The translations under genes were made by a program, and so were the position numbers. The notes beneath the pieces are model-generated. The model was not told where the DNA came from. It worked only from the letters and a program-made list of their open reading frames with translations, and searched no databases. 64,000 bases of DNA, from NCBI RefSeq assembly GCF_006345805.1, contig NC_042997.1, forward strand, positions 91,264,001-91,328,000. Direction: 5' to 3'. The stretch comes from Octopus sinensis (lineage: Eukaryota). This document shows, piece by piece, positions 38,180 through 50,424 of this stretch; the stretch's first letter is position 1, and each line of letters opens with the position of its first letter.

Positions 38180-38368
38180 GAGCAGGTCAACATTCCTTCT
38201 GATCAGATGACTAGTTCATCATAGGACTACTCAATTACTGCTGAGTGGATTGGAGCAACATCAAATGAAATATTTTTCTCAAATACACAACACAACACTC
38301 AGTTCAGGAATTGAACCCACAATTGCTAGATCATGAGTGCAACATCCTAACCACGAGGTCACATGCTT
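38180..38368 (-). mobile_element. tRNA-derived SINE head, decayed
   Basis: Reverse complement: cctcgtggttaggatgttgcactcatgatc..gggttcaattcctg..gttgctccaatccactcagc. Confidence 0.6.
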
Positions 38369-39149
38369 TCACACACATACATGTGTGTGCACGTGCAAGC
38401 ATGCACACTCACACACGGTTTAAAGGAATATCTAGGAGACAAATAGTTGGTATTTCAGATAATTCATTATGATTATTTAAATAGTTGATAATCAAAAATT
38501 AATAATTATTACATATTAAATTGATCATTTGTAGGTATGTGGGTGTTTGAAAATACTTTACAGAATGACAAATGTGCTCTGCATAATTACAGGCTGCCCT
38601 TTGGCAAGGCAAAGAATCCATTGAGCCATCCTGCCAGGGATATGGCAAAGTAATGTGACTGCAGCATGGTGGATTGTGAAGAGGTAGTTGAAGAGCTCAG
38701 CTGAGCCAATGGTGCTTCTTACATCGATGCTGAGCAGAAGAATCGAAGATCACCAACCTCTATCAAGAGAATTCTGAAGTTACACAGTGGCTCACCATAA
38801 GTGAGTAACTGCAACACATTCATAGAGGTGGTGTCCATGTTATGTAATCAGTTAATGAAAGATTTGCTATGACCTAAGCTCCCAATTCAAATTCATAATT
38901 ATGGAATTGGATGGTGACAGAGTCATTGTTATCCATGAAAGTAACGAAAAAAACAAAGTGATTGTCAACTACATCTTTAGACGATAAATTGAGATACAAT
39001 TTGTATAATGAATTTTCTATTTATACATATCTACACACGAATGTTAGTCCAATCAATTATAGGGAAGGAAAAAGAGAAAAGAAAAGAGAAGGAAAATAAC
39101 ACATGTAATTATTTTCCACTTGTAAGAGATGTCTCACTTAATAAAATGT

Positions 39150-39700
39150 TTAATTAGTATACCTCAGGTTATGTCATGCTGATGGTTTCAAAAAGAGTGA
39201 AACAGTGTCATACATGACGACCACTGACTAGAAATTTTGAGCCAGGCGGTTTTAGACAAAGCCAACTCTACAAGGATTGAAGTGAAGATTCTAAAGGCTT
39301 AGCTTGGATGGACTGGTCATGTGATCTGTATGAATAAATCCAGCATGTTATGGCAGTTATTCTATGGAGAACTGAAAGTGGGTAGTTGTGCCTAACATTG
39401 ACTAAGGAAAGGGTATAAAGAAAGCTTCAAGTTCAACTTGAAAAGGGCTGAATGCCAGTTCTATGATTTCAAACATATTGTAGTGGCATAACCTATGCTC
39501 CAAGGCAGAAAATAACTTCTTAACCAACTAGTATTTGCAGTGCGTCAGGGAGAGCATAAAAGACACCCAAAGGTATCTTCTAACTCAACAAGCAATGTTG
39601 TTTGCCTGGCCTGCAACCATATCTGTGCATCTGAGTTTGGACTGAGAATCAGATGAGCATGTATAGATGTTGATCATGCAATACAATCATCTTTCTCACT
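39150..39700 (+). mobile_element. Decayed RTE-BovB-like LINE C-terminus (family different from 33321-35178)
   Basis: Plus translation fragments LGWTGHVICM..QLFYGELK..RKGYKESFK and CLACNHICASEFGL. Confidence 0.6.
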
Positions 39701-40305
39701 TGAGAGACTACCAATAAATGATTGAATTATATATTACTAGCAATTAAGCCTGGTTTCACCCAGTCTGTTTGGATGATGTGGCTGTGATCGTTTTCGGTTA
39801 GGCATAATCTATAACAGTGTTTCTCAACCTTATCATTTCGGGTCCCCTGTTTTGATTGGAGCCTCCAGCTGTATGAAAATTTCCTGACTTCTCGCTCCCT
39901 TGTCAGAAAACAGCTTCAGGAGTTGTGAAGAAAGAATTTGTACATAGTCTGTTTCAGAGAGCTATTCTATTGGACCTCTGTCTAATCATTAAAACATTGA
40001 TTTAATTGTGAACATAGAAAGAAATTATACATTAATCCCTATTTTTGTAAGTAGTTGTATCTGTAGAAATTTTATTTGCAGAGAGCAGAAATTAAAAGAT
40101 GATATATGAAATGGATGTGTGGGTGTGTGGGTGCGCGCGCCTGCTTGCATGTGTGTATGTGAGAGAGAAAGAGGGTGAGAAAGAGAGGGAGTGAGTAAGT
40201 GAAGGTGTGTGTCATTGAGCTGCATTGGCTGGCATAGCGACTCCGAAGCTTTTGAGGCAGCAGATGACTGGGCTGATTTGAAAGATGTGAAGAAATGCTG
40301 TCTTT

Positions 40306-41107
40306 TCAGTGGAGCGCTTGTTTGTAGGTAACGTTTCTTGTTTTCCCTTCTGATGCACAAATGTATAGACTTTGTGGCTTGCCAACACGGGAGGATCCAA
40401 CATAAAGTTGACTGTGGAAGAGCACTTGCTCTGTGAGATTTAAACCAATCATTTGCAATGATTGACCCTGTGCCTTATTTATTGTCATTGCAAAGGAGAG
40501 TTTGATAGGAAATTGAAGCTGCTTAAACTTGTAGATTGTATCGGAAGGAGTGAAGGACATTGGAGTTATAAGAACATCTTAACCAGCAGCTGGTCCATTC
40601 AAGATGGTTGCCTGCAGAATTTGGGAGTATAATTCTTTGATTATCATCCGCGTGCCGTTACACATTATTGGAGCATCCAGGGCGGTAAGACGGGTCTGCC
40701 TTGTTTCTGCCAACTCCTCAAGGAGTGAGCGCTGATTTCGAATACGCATGAAAGCAAGATGGGCCTGCCTTGCTTCAACAGGCTCGTCAAGTAGTGAGCG
40801 TTGATCACAACTACGCTGGGCAGCAAGACGGGCCTGCCTTATTTCTGCTGACTCCTCAAATAGTGAGTGTAGATCACGACTACGCTGTGAAGCATGATGG
40901 GCCTCTCTTGCCTCTGGTGTTTCCTGAAAGGGATAGTAGAGGACATATGAAAGTGCAATACTGAAATGGGATACAGGAGAATGTGTGGAAGCAAAATCGA
41001 AATGATATGAATGTTGTGAAACATACCTGTGAACGTAACTCCCTTTTTCGCTGTTTTAGGAGGGCATCCCTTTTGGAACAGAACATGGATCGTTTTCGGT
41101 TAGGCAT
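40306..41107 (-). pseudogene. Internally deleted Helitron RepHel ORF (N-terminal repeats fused to PIF1-helicase C-terminus)
   Basis: ATG MPNRKRS at 41107; about 3.5 copies of a 23-aa repeat (ESAEIRQARLAAQRS..); then in frame LDAPIMCNGTR..QFPIKLSFAMTINKAQGQSL..HSQLYVGSSRV. One stop near 40580 and an early frameshift. Confidence 0.88.
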
Positions 41108-42683
41108 TATCTGTAAAAATGGTTTTTACTGAGGCAAACGTCATGAGATTTTTTAAAGAAGCATAGTGTAACGAAAGTATAGATTTTTGCAACTTGAACT
41201 CATGTCTGGAAGTGAAATCTTAAGGTTTTTGAAGGAAATATTATTTATCTGTTATTATAGGTGGAAATGTATAACGATAAATAAGAAAAAAAGTAATGAA
41301 ATGTTTTTTAAAAAAGCATACAGCTTTGAAGGACAATATCGGTAAATTGACTAGAAATGACAATAGTGAATAAGCATGAAGCTAAACGATAAGAGATCGC
41401 CTATTGTTTTTAGTTAGGCATAAGGTATTGGCTGACTGTCATCCTGTAGTCCCCTGGTCGCTAGCGAAATGGTATATGCCGGCTGTGTGAGCAACTGGTT
41501 GTTTTAATAGCAGAACAAACAGTTTTAATCGATTTTCTCTGTAAGTATGGGGGTTAGGAAAAAAATAGAAGAGGCATTAAGAAGTTGACGTTAAGAATTG
41601 CTTTAACAGTTAGAAAATGTTTGACATTTCAATCATCACAAAAATGAAGCTGTAAGAATTTACAGGGAAATTGTATGTAAGAAGTATAGCAGAAATGATT
41701 TTTAACTGTACTGCCAAAGTTCTGCAACTTAATAGCAGACGTATCCAATTTAAGAAAAGTGAAGATAAAAGCTAAGTGGAAAAGTATGGAATAAGTCATT
41801 GTTATACGCTTATAGAAAAAATAGACACGTACCTTTTTAGAGAAAAAAATGTAGGTGAGAGCTATTGTATTGGATGCCTGTGTAATCAGAGAACAGAAAT
41901 TGAAAGAAAATATATGAAATGGACATGTGTATATATGTGTGTGTGTGTGTGTTTTCTGGCTAATTTGGAGGGAGTTTTGCAGTCAGCACGAGGTGGTTTG
42001 TGCTTATCTCTCGAGTGGAATTGTTAATTTGTCTGAAATAGCAGCGCCCGGACAAGTGAAAATATCTTCGTTTTTTACTCCTTCGCCTGCAGTAAAAGTA
42101 GCCAGGAGCCCTTCTCTGTAAGAAATTTTTATTTTTGTAATATAGGGTTGGATGCAAAGGGGATCTTTTGAAGTTGGTGTGAAAGTGAAAGAGATAGAGA
42201 GCGCGATTGTATGAGTCAAGTTCTTTTGAAGTTGGCGTGAAGGGGAAGAATTGATCTGCGTGCGTTCGTGTGTGTGTGTGTTTGATAGGGGTGTGCGAGA
42301 CAGAATGTGTGGTGTGTATGTGAATTTCTATTGTTAGTGTGTGTGAAAAGAGAGAGAGATAACTGAAATTTTTATTTACTTTTTTGTAGTGAGTGAATGT
42401 GTGAGTTTTGACAGAAAAAAAGCAAGAGGGAGAGAGAGAGAGAGAGAGGTTATGTATGTATATATGAATGGCTTCAGTGACATACACACGCATGCAGGTT
42501 GTTATGTATGTATGTATACATAGATGTATGGCCAAGAGAGAGTGAACTGAAATTTTGTTATTCACTTTTTGTAGTGAGTGAATGTGTGAGTGACTGACAG
42601 AGAAAAGGAGAGAGAGGTCATGTATGTTGGCGGGGAATTCCATTAGAAAAAGTTTTTATCGATTTTCTCGGTAACTATGAGGG

Positions 42684-43105
42684 TGTAGTGATGCTACTGT
42701 GTAAGGTTCAGCGCGCATGCGCAGAATGGGACTACTTCCGGGTGGCCACCGGAAGTCTTCCCCATGCGCATGTGCGGAAAACTGACCCCTAAGGCACAGT
42801 CCATTCACTCACTCTCTCTGGCGCTTTCAGCCCTCGTGAACAGACGTGCATTTGGTAGTCTCTGAGAACTCTACACCGGCTTAGCAACGGACCACACCGA
42901 ATCACTTCAATCAACCAACAAGAAGCAGTACAAAGATTCGGCTGTCGTTTCCCCTCAGAAAATACGCACACCATCACAAGTAATAAACGACAATTTGCTG
43001 TCTTTCCCAGATAACCTGACTTCGTCTGTTATATCTAACTAAATTGAATGTGACGGGATCGGATCGGACAACCCTTCAGTGATACCGATTCCAGATCCTG
43101 TTACA
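42684..43105 (+). repeat. 5' LTR (422 bp)
   Basis: Starts TGTAGTG, ends TTACA; 7 substitutions counted versus the 3' LTR. Confidence 0.97.
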
Positions 43106-43107
43106 AT

Positions 43108-43117
43108 TGGTGACCCC
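43108..43117 (+). promoter_or_regulatory. Primer-binding site, tRNA-Trp type
   Basis: TGGTGACCCC 2 nt after the 5' LTR, complementary to the ..GGGGTCACCA 3' end of tRNA-Trp, as in CsRn1-clade elements. Confidence 0.8.
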
Positions 43118-43496
43118 AAGTAAAAAAAAAAAAAAGAACAGAAGACGCAGCGAACAGGTTTTGCCAGTTAGAGCACTGAACACTCAGTTTTCACTTTCAT
43201 TTTTCTTTTCCTTTCAGGACGGCGAAGGTGCGTACAAACAAAAGTTTTATTCATCGCACTCAGTGCACTGAAAAAAAAACAAAAAAAACACACACACATT
43301 ATTTTTTTTTCTTTTCTGTACCTTTTGTTTTCCTTTGTGCACACACACACTTATTCTTTACTACCCACGAGGTGCACACACACACACACACCAGTACACA
43401 AAACACGAATTTTGATTTGCTTTGTCGGTTCCACGTGTTCTCCACTTCTCGTTCATACCTTCTGCCCCTTTCTGACAGGCGATTCTTCGGACAAAC

Positions 43497-44243
43497 ATGG
43501 CTGCATCAGGTTTGCCTTCATTCACAGGGGATGCGGGTCTGTGACTTGCCCAGGTGGAGTCGCATTTTGCCGCACATGCCGTTCCTCCACAGCAGCAGTT
43601 GCATCTGCTATACTCGAGTTTGCCTTCCCGACTCGCCACATCGGTCAGAGATCTCATAATGAGTCCCCACCCTGACGCCACATACGCGCCAGTAAAGGCT
43701 GAAATCCTCCGCCGCAACACGCGGTCGGAGGAAAGTCAATTTAATGAACTAATGGCCGACAAACAGTTGGGGGACAGGACTCCATCCCAGTTCCAGCACC
43801 ACCTAAGGGAGCTAAGCGGGAACGCAGCAGACGCGCCACTCTTACGGAAGATATTCTTCTCCAGGTTGCCTGCCCACGTGCAGACAATGTTGGCCACGGC
43901 ACTGGAGTCTGTGCCAGTAGACCAGATTGCCACGATGGCCGACAAAATATTAGAATTTTCGGGACCATCTCCATCGCGGGGCCTGTACGCATGTACAGAA
44001 CCCCCTCCGACACCTCCGACGAAAAATTCATTAGCCGAGAAGATCGATGCGCTTACGCAGCGAATCGATGATCTGTGCCGTGCGATCGGGCGCCGACCTC
44101 GCAGTCGTAGTCACAGTGGATCTGTTTCCCGTAGTCGGAGTGACTCTGTTTCTCGTTCCGGCTGGTGCTGGTACCATTCAAAGTATGCCGAAAAGGCAGA
44201 AAGGTGTACTCAGCCGTGCACTTTCCAGCCCTCGGGAAACTAA
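43497..44243 (+). pseudogene. gag: gag with CHCC zinc knuckle; one premature stop
   Basis: ATG 43497 MAASGLPSFTGDAGL*LAQVESHF (TGA at 43542-43544 at a conserved Trp position); LGDRTPSQ, IFFSRLP, C-W-Y-H-x9-C-x3-C; ends GN*. Confidence 0.9.
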
Positions 44244-44274
44244 ATCCGGAGGAGGTGAGCACGTCACCTTCTTC
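44234..44274 (+). promoter_or_regulatory. -1 programmed ribosomal frameshift signal (G GGA AAC, 7-nt spacer, 11-bp hairpin)
   Basis: Slippery heptamer 44234-44240 in gag phase; GGAGGAGGTGA (44248-44258) pairs with TCACCTTCTCC (44264-44274); pol is in the -1 frame. Confidence 0.8.
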
Positions 44275-46678
44275 CTTCTCGTTTCCCAAAAATCGTGCAT
44301 TTTTTGTAAAAGATCTGGTGTCGAAGAAATTCTTCATAGTGGACACCGGCTCTTGTTGCAGCATCTGGCCCCTTCGTCTGACTGCAGACAAGCCCAAATG
44401 CCGTAATTATCGACGCCTCAATGCCGTAACAATAGCCGACAGGTATCCAATCAGAAATCTACAGGACTTTACGGCAAATCTCCATGGTTGCACCATTTTT
44501 TCGAAGGTCGACCTTATACGCGCGTACCATCAAATACCGGTCAACCCAGCCGACGTTCCGAAAACTGCGATCACTACCCCCTTTGGGTGTTTTGAGTTTT
44601 TGTATATGAGTTTCGGTTTGCGGAATGCTACCAGCACTTTCCAGCGTTTCATTGATGAGGTTGTCCGCGGTCTTGATTTTGTGTTTGCCTATGTCGATGA
44701 TATACTCATTGCGAGCGACACACGTGAAAATCACCTCCAGCACCTTTCTCAGCTTTTTCAGCGTCTTCGCGCTTATAGTATACGTATAAATCCCGACAAG
44801 TGTGTTTTCGGACGCTCTTCTCTAGATTTTCTAGGCCATCATATTGATTCGAGTGGAATCAGCCCTCTGTCGTTAAAGGTCGATGCCATTCAACGCATCG
44901 CACCCCCCACTTCCTTGCGCCAGCTCAGGCATTATCTAGGGATGATCAATTTCTACAGACGTTTTATTCCCGGTTGTGCAGATAAGCTACTTCCTCTCAC
45001 CAGGCTATTAAAGGACACTCCTAGAAAGGACGGTCAAGTCACCCTTTCTGTTGAGGCACTCACAGCCTTTGAGTCCATTAAGAAAGAGCTGGCTTCTGTT
45101 TCTTTGCTTGCACATCCGGTTCCTGGTGCTTCTCTCTCTTTGACTGTAGATGCATCGGACACTGCGATTGGCGCTGTGTTACAACACACAGTGGATGATC
45201 ACACTCGACCTCTGGCTTTCTTTTCCCGCCAACTGCAACCAGCTGAACGACGATACAGCACCTTTGATCGTGAGCTCCTAGCGATCTATCTATCGGTTCG
45301 TCATTTCCAGCATCAACTTGAAGGGCGAGATTTTGTGATCTATACGGATCACAAGCCCCTTACGTTTGCCCTGTGTTCAAAAACGGACAAACTCTCGCCT
45401 CGTGCTTTCCGGCGCCTGGATTTTATTTCTCAATTCACTAGTAACATTCGACACATACCTGGAAAGGAGAACGTTCTTGTTGACGCTCTCTCTCGCCTTC
45501 CAGTTTGCGCCCTTTCGTCTCCTGCTGCTATCGACTTAAGTGCCATCTCGCAGGAGCAGCCACCTTTGGCGTCGTTAGACTTAACTTCTCCCAAGTTCTC
45601 CTGTTGCCAGTTTTCCTACCTTCCGCTTCCGTCAGCCGAAGGTACCATTCTTTGTGATACTTCCACTGGTTCTCCCAGGCCACTCGTGCCTGAGAATCAT
45701 CAACGCTCAGTGTTTGAAGCACTGCACTCCTTATCACATCCTGGCATCACTGCCACCCTTAAGCTGATCACTGCTCGGTTTTTCTGGCCGAATATGCGTC
45801 GCACTATTACTTCTTGGACACGCACCTGCTCCAAGTGTCAACGGTCCAAGATTCAACGGCACGTTCGTGCCCCGCTTGGACATTTTCCCCCTACGGAGGC
45901 CCGTTTTCGCCATGTCTACATCGATCTGGTTGGACCATGGCCTGTGAGTCGCGGGTTTTCTTATCTGTTAACTTGTGTCGATCGTTCCTCCCGCTGACCA
46001 GAAGCCATTCCAATAGCAGACATTTCTGCTGAGACTGTTGCGCGAGCCTTCGTTTCAAACTGGATTTCCTGTTTCGGAGTTCCGTCCAGATTGACCACTG
46101 ATCGTGGACGTCAGTTTGAAGCTTCGCTATTTCGCGAATTGTCGCGCATTTTAGGTGTGCATCATATTCACACTACCAGCTATCATCCAGCGTCTAATGG
46201 ATTAGTTGAACGGTTCCATAGACAGCTCAAGGCCGCTCTTCGTGCCTCTTCAGATCCACAGTCCTGGATTGAATTTCTGCCAATTGTGCTTCTCGGTTGT
46301 CGCACTGCTGTCAAGGCAGACCTGGGGTTTTCTTCTGCAGAGCTACTGTATGGTACCACACTGGCATTGCCTGGTACGATGTTGGTGCCAGGCACTTCCC
46401 AGCCCCATGATCCGGCGACCGTTTCCGTGGACCGACTGAAGAAAGCATACTTTGAGACGTCTTCATCTTTTGATGACAACCTTGCCGCACCCACCTATGC
46501 ACCTTTAACAACACCTTCACCTGCACAAACACCTTCACCTGCACAGACACTTTTGCCTTCACCGGCTCCCACAACACCACCTTCGCCGTCAACGGGTGCC
46601 CCGAGCACACCGTATGTTACAAGATCGGGCAGTACAGTGCATTGGCCTAAGAAACTCTCAAAGACAATTTATTTTTAA
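44234..46678 (+). pseudogene. pol: pol (protease fragment, RT, RNase H, integrase) with deletions and one stop
   Basis: [86 protein letters not shown]; TGA at 45995-45997 replaces Trp in the same frame. Confidence 0.93.
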
Positions 46679-46809
46679 CTTTCTTTCTTTCAAATTTCTT
46701 GTTTTTTGTATGACATTGTGTACCAAATCCTCTGTGGGGATCGGCAAGCCATCTGTTTTTCTGCAGCACCACTACAAATTTTCGTACTTCCGCACTCGAG
46801 GGGGAGCCA

Positions 46810-47231
46810 TGTGGTGATGCTACTGTATAAGGTTCAGCGCGCATGCGCAGAATGGGACTACTTCCGGGTGGCCACCGAAAGTCTCCCCCATGCGCATGTG
46901 CGGAAAACTGACCCCTAAGGCACAGTCCACTCACTCACTCTCTCTGGCGCTTTCAGCCCTCGTGAACAGACGTGCATTTGGTAGTCTCTGAGAACTCTAC
47001 ACCGGCTTAGCAACGGACCACACCGAATCACTTCAATCAACCAACAAGAAGCAGTACAAAGATTCGGCTGTCGTTTCCCCTCAGAAAATACGCACACCAT
47101 CACGAGTAATAAACGACAATTTGCTGTCTTTCCCAGATAACCTGACTTTGTCTGTTATATCTAACTAAATTGAATGTGACGGGATCGGATCGGACAACCC
47201 TTCAGTGATACCGATTCCAGATCCTGTTACA
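46810..47231 (+). repeat. 3' LTR (422 bp)
   Basis: Preceded by polypurine tract gagggggagcca (46798-46809); starts TGTGGTG, ends TTACA. Confidence 0.97.
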
Positions 47232-47748
47232 AGGGCTAGGAAAAAATACAAACTGCATTCCAAACTATGCACTCGTCTCCACATGTGTGCTATTTTTCAC
47301 GCGAACCCACTCAGCCGTTTGGCTGTGAACCTCAAGACAAGAAAGAATACAACGATCGCCCATGTCCAATTTATAGTATAGACTAGCAGCTAAGCCCGGT
47401 TTCACCCAGTCTGTTTGGATGATGTGGCTGTGATCGTTTTCGGTTAGGATTAATCTATAACATCGTTTCTCAACCTTATCATTTTGGGTCCCCTGTTTTG
47501 ATTGGAGCCTTCCCCCTTGTCAGAAAAAAGCTTCAGGAGTTGTGAAGAACGAATTTGTATGTAGTCTGTTTCTGAGAGCTATTCTATTGGACCACTGGCT
47601 AATCATTAAAACATTGATTTAATTATGAACATAGAAAGAAATTATACATTAATCCCTATTTTTGTAAGCAGTTGTATCCGTAAAAATTTTATTTGCAGAG
47701 AGCAGAAATTGAAAGAAGATATATGAAATGGATGTGTGTGTGTGTGTG

Positions 47749-47802
<54 letters not shown>

Positions 47803-48794
47803 CGTGCTTGCGCGTGTGTATGTGAGAGAGAAGAAGAGAGACAGCATAGCGAAAGTTTTGGCTGACTGTCATCCTGTACTCCCCTTGTTGCTAGCGAAAT
47901 GGTATATGTCGGCTGTGTGAGCAACTAGTTGTTTTAATGGCGGAACAAACAGGGGAATTCCATTAGAAAAAGTTTTAATCGATTTTCTCGGTAAGTATGG
48001 GGGCTATGAAAAAAATACAAACTGCATTCCAATCTATGCACCCGTCTCCACATGTGTGCCATTTTTCACGCGAACCCACCCAGCTGTTTGGCTGTGAACC
48101 TCAGGACAAGAAAGAATACAACGATCGCCCATGTTCAATTTATATTATAGACTAGCAGCTAAGCCCGGTTTCACCCAGTCTGTTTGGATGATGTGGCTGC
48201 GATCGTTTTCGGTTAGGCATAATCTATAACAGCGTTTCTCAACCTTATCATTTCGGGTCCCCTGTTTTGATTGGAGCCTCCAGCTGTATGAAAATTTCCT
48301 GACTTCTCGCTCCCTTGTCAGAAAACAGCTTTAGAAGTTGTGAAGAAAGAATTTGTACGTAGTCTGTTTCAGAGAGCTATTCTATTGGACCTCTGTCTAA
48401 TCATTAAAACATTGATTTAATTATGAACACAGAAAGAAATTATACATTAATCCCTATTTTTGTAAGCAGTTGTATCCGTAAAAATTTTATTTGCAGAGAG
48501 CAGAAGTTGAAAGAAGATATATGAAATGGATGTGTGTGTGTATGTGTGTGTAAGAGTGCGTGTGTGCTTGCGCGTGTATGTGCGGAAGAAACAGGGGAAT
48601 TCCATTAGAAAAAGTTTTAATCGATTTTCTCGGTAACTATGAGGGCTAGGAAAAAATACAACCCGCATTCCAATCAATGCACCCGTCTCCACATGTGTGC
48701 CATTTATCACGTGAATCCACCCAGCCGTTTGGTTGTGAACCTCAAGACAAGAAAGAATACAATGATCGCCCTTGTCCAATTTATATTGTAGATT

Positions 48795-48975
48795 ATCATT
48801 TCCATCATTATCATCATTTTAACATTCATGTTCCATGCTGGCTTTCGTGTGATGGGTTGACAGAATCTGATAGGTCCAAGGACTGGTTCATGTTCCAATG
48901 TCTGCTTTGGAACTGTTTCTACAGTTGGATGCCCTTCCTAATGCCAACCACTGTATAGAATGTACTGGGTACCAT
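48795..48975 (-). mobile_element. RTE-type 3' end fragment
   Basis: (CAT)n-like tail, ttccatgctggc, ctacagttggatgcccttcctaatgccaaccac. Confidence 0.7.
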
Positions 48976-49665
48976 TTCTTTCTGCCACTAGCACTATTGA
49001 GGTAGCAATGCAACTCACAAAATTACAAACCTTGAAAGAGGCAGGAGTTGGTTACATGCATACATAGATACGTATATTATTACGTTTGGGAAGAGTCATT
49101 CAGTTTTAACACCTTATTAATTAACACACTCACTGGCTTGATTTCCACTCATTCACTTATTTATTTTTTTCTAAAATTTTTGTTGCTTCTTTCAACCTCT
49201 TCAATGGTCGTTGATTGTCCATTATTGGAGCTGCATTATTTTTGTATGTTTATTTGTGCGCATGTGTGTGTATCAGTGTGCGTGTGTAAACACATATGTA
49301 TGTATATATGCGTGTGTGTGTATGCATATATATATATGTATGTGCGTGTGTACATTTGTATGTATTCTGCATATTCATATGTTTGTGTATACGGAAAGCG
49401 TGCGTATAAAATTATAGAATTATTTTGTTTGTTAATTGTTTAAATTATTTCCCATTGCTTTCGTTTTTTTTTACACGCGTAATTAAATTAATTTAACAAT
49501 TAAGAAAAAAAAATTTAGGGTTGGGGTGAGGTTTAGGGTTAGTGACAGGATGTTGTCTCAGTTTTAGACGCAGCAAATGATTTTAGCTCAATTAGAGGCG
49601 ATTCATTGGTTAAAATTCGAAAAATTTAACTGCGTTAAACAAACGTAGTGTGTGTGTGTGTGTGT

Positions 49666-49973
49666 GGAGGTGCAATGGCCTAGTGGTTAGGGCAGCGGAC
49701 TCGCGGTCGTAGGATCGCGGTTTCGATTCCCAGACCGGGCGTTGTGAGTGTTTATTGAGCGAAAACACCTAAAGCTCCACGAGTCTCTGGCAGGGGGTGG
49801 TGGTGATCCCTGCTGTACTTTTTCACCACAACTTTCTCTCATTCTTTCTTCTATTGGCCTGCTCGCTTAGCCAGCGGAGTGGCGTCATTGAAGGCTAAAA
49901 CAATGCGAAGCACATTGTGACCAGCGATGTGTAGCAACATCTGATGGCCTGGTCAGTCACGTGATCACGTGAT
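49666..49973 (+). mobile_element. Full-length tRNA-derived SINE
   Basis: A-box tggcctagtgg, B-box ggtttcgattcc, non-tRNA body, tail cacattgtgaccagcgatgtgtagcaacatctgat. Confidence 0.8.
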
Positions 49974-50048
49974 ATATATTCAAATGCGTGTGTATTTTGT
50001 TTATTTTATATTTATATTTATCATTGTACTTTATAATCTCCGACGAAG

Positions 50049-50132
<84 letters not shown>

Positions 50133-50424
50133 TACCTCATTTTTATCTGCCTAATCCTCAATGCATTTGACTAATATAGGCAGAATGAGATACTTTTATC
50201 TATGGGCTGAAACAGCTGTAAGTTGTTTTACTAATTTATATGCATGTTTTTTAATAATTACTTGTATCCTTATCTTATATGCATAGAATAATATGCTATA
50301 TGTATGTTATAATTATCAGTTTAATAAATAAATAAGTTAACATTTTTAATGTCCTAAAGTTGATGAACCAACTATTGTTCTCCATTTTTTTATTTGCTAT
50401 ATATATATATTAAAAAATTTTTTT

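Larger units (their letters stand above)
42684..47231 (+). mobile_element. Ty3/Gypsy LTR retrotransposon, CsRn1 clade, internally deleted
   Basis: TG..CA LTRs 42684-43105 and 46810-47231, TSD AGGG (42680-42683, 47232-47235), primer site TGGTGACCCC, polypurine tract, CHCC gag motif, PR-RT-RH-IN order. Confidence 0.97.
39737..48792 (-). mobile_element. Head-to-tail array of three Helitron deletion derivatives (units 48152-48792, 47383-48151, 39737-47382)
   Basis: Each unit starts TCTA(C/T)A..ATAAATTG and ends with a hairpin (..gggtgaaacc(a/g)ggc) plus CTAG. Internal junctions read CTAG|TC; outer flanks are A (48793) and T (39736) on the minus strand. Confidence 0.9.

Noticed and set aside
43542-45997. 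Both CsRn1 nonsense mutations are TGG to TGA (deaminase hypermutation?)
   Set aside because: Only two events; LTR differences are mixed transitions, giving no support for directional G-to-A editing.
49666-49745. tRNA-like sequences here and at 56987-57060, 37840-37910, 19680-19737
   Set aside because: A/B boxes are present, but no complete cloverleaf, and they continue into SINE bodies; these are SINE heads, not tRNA genes.
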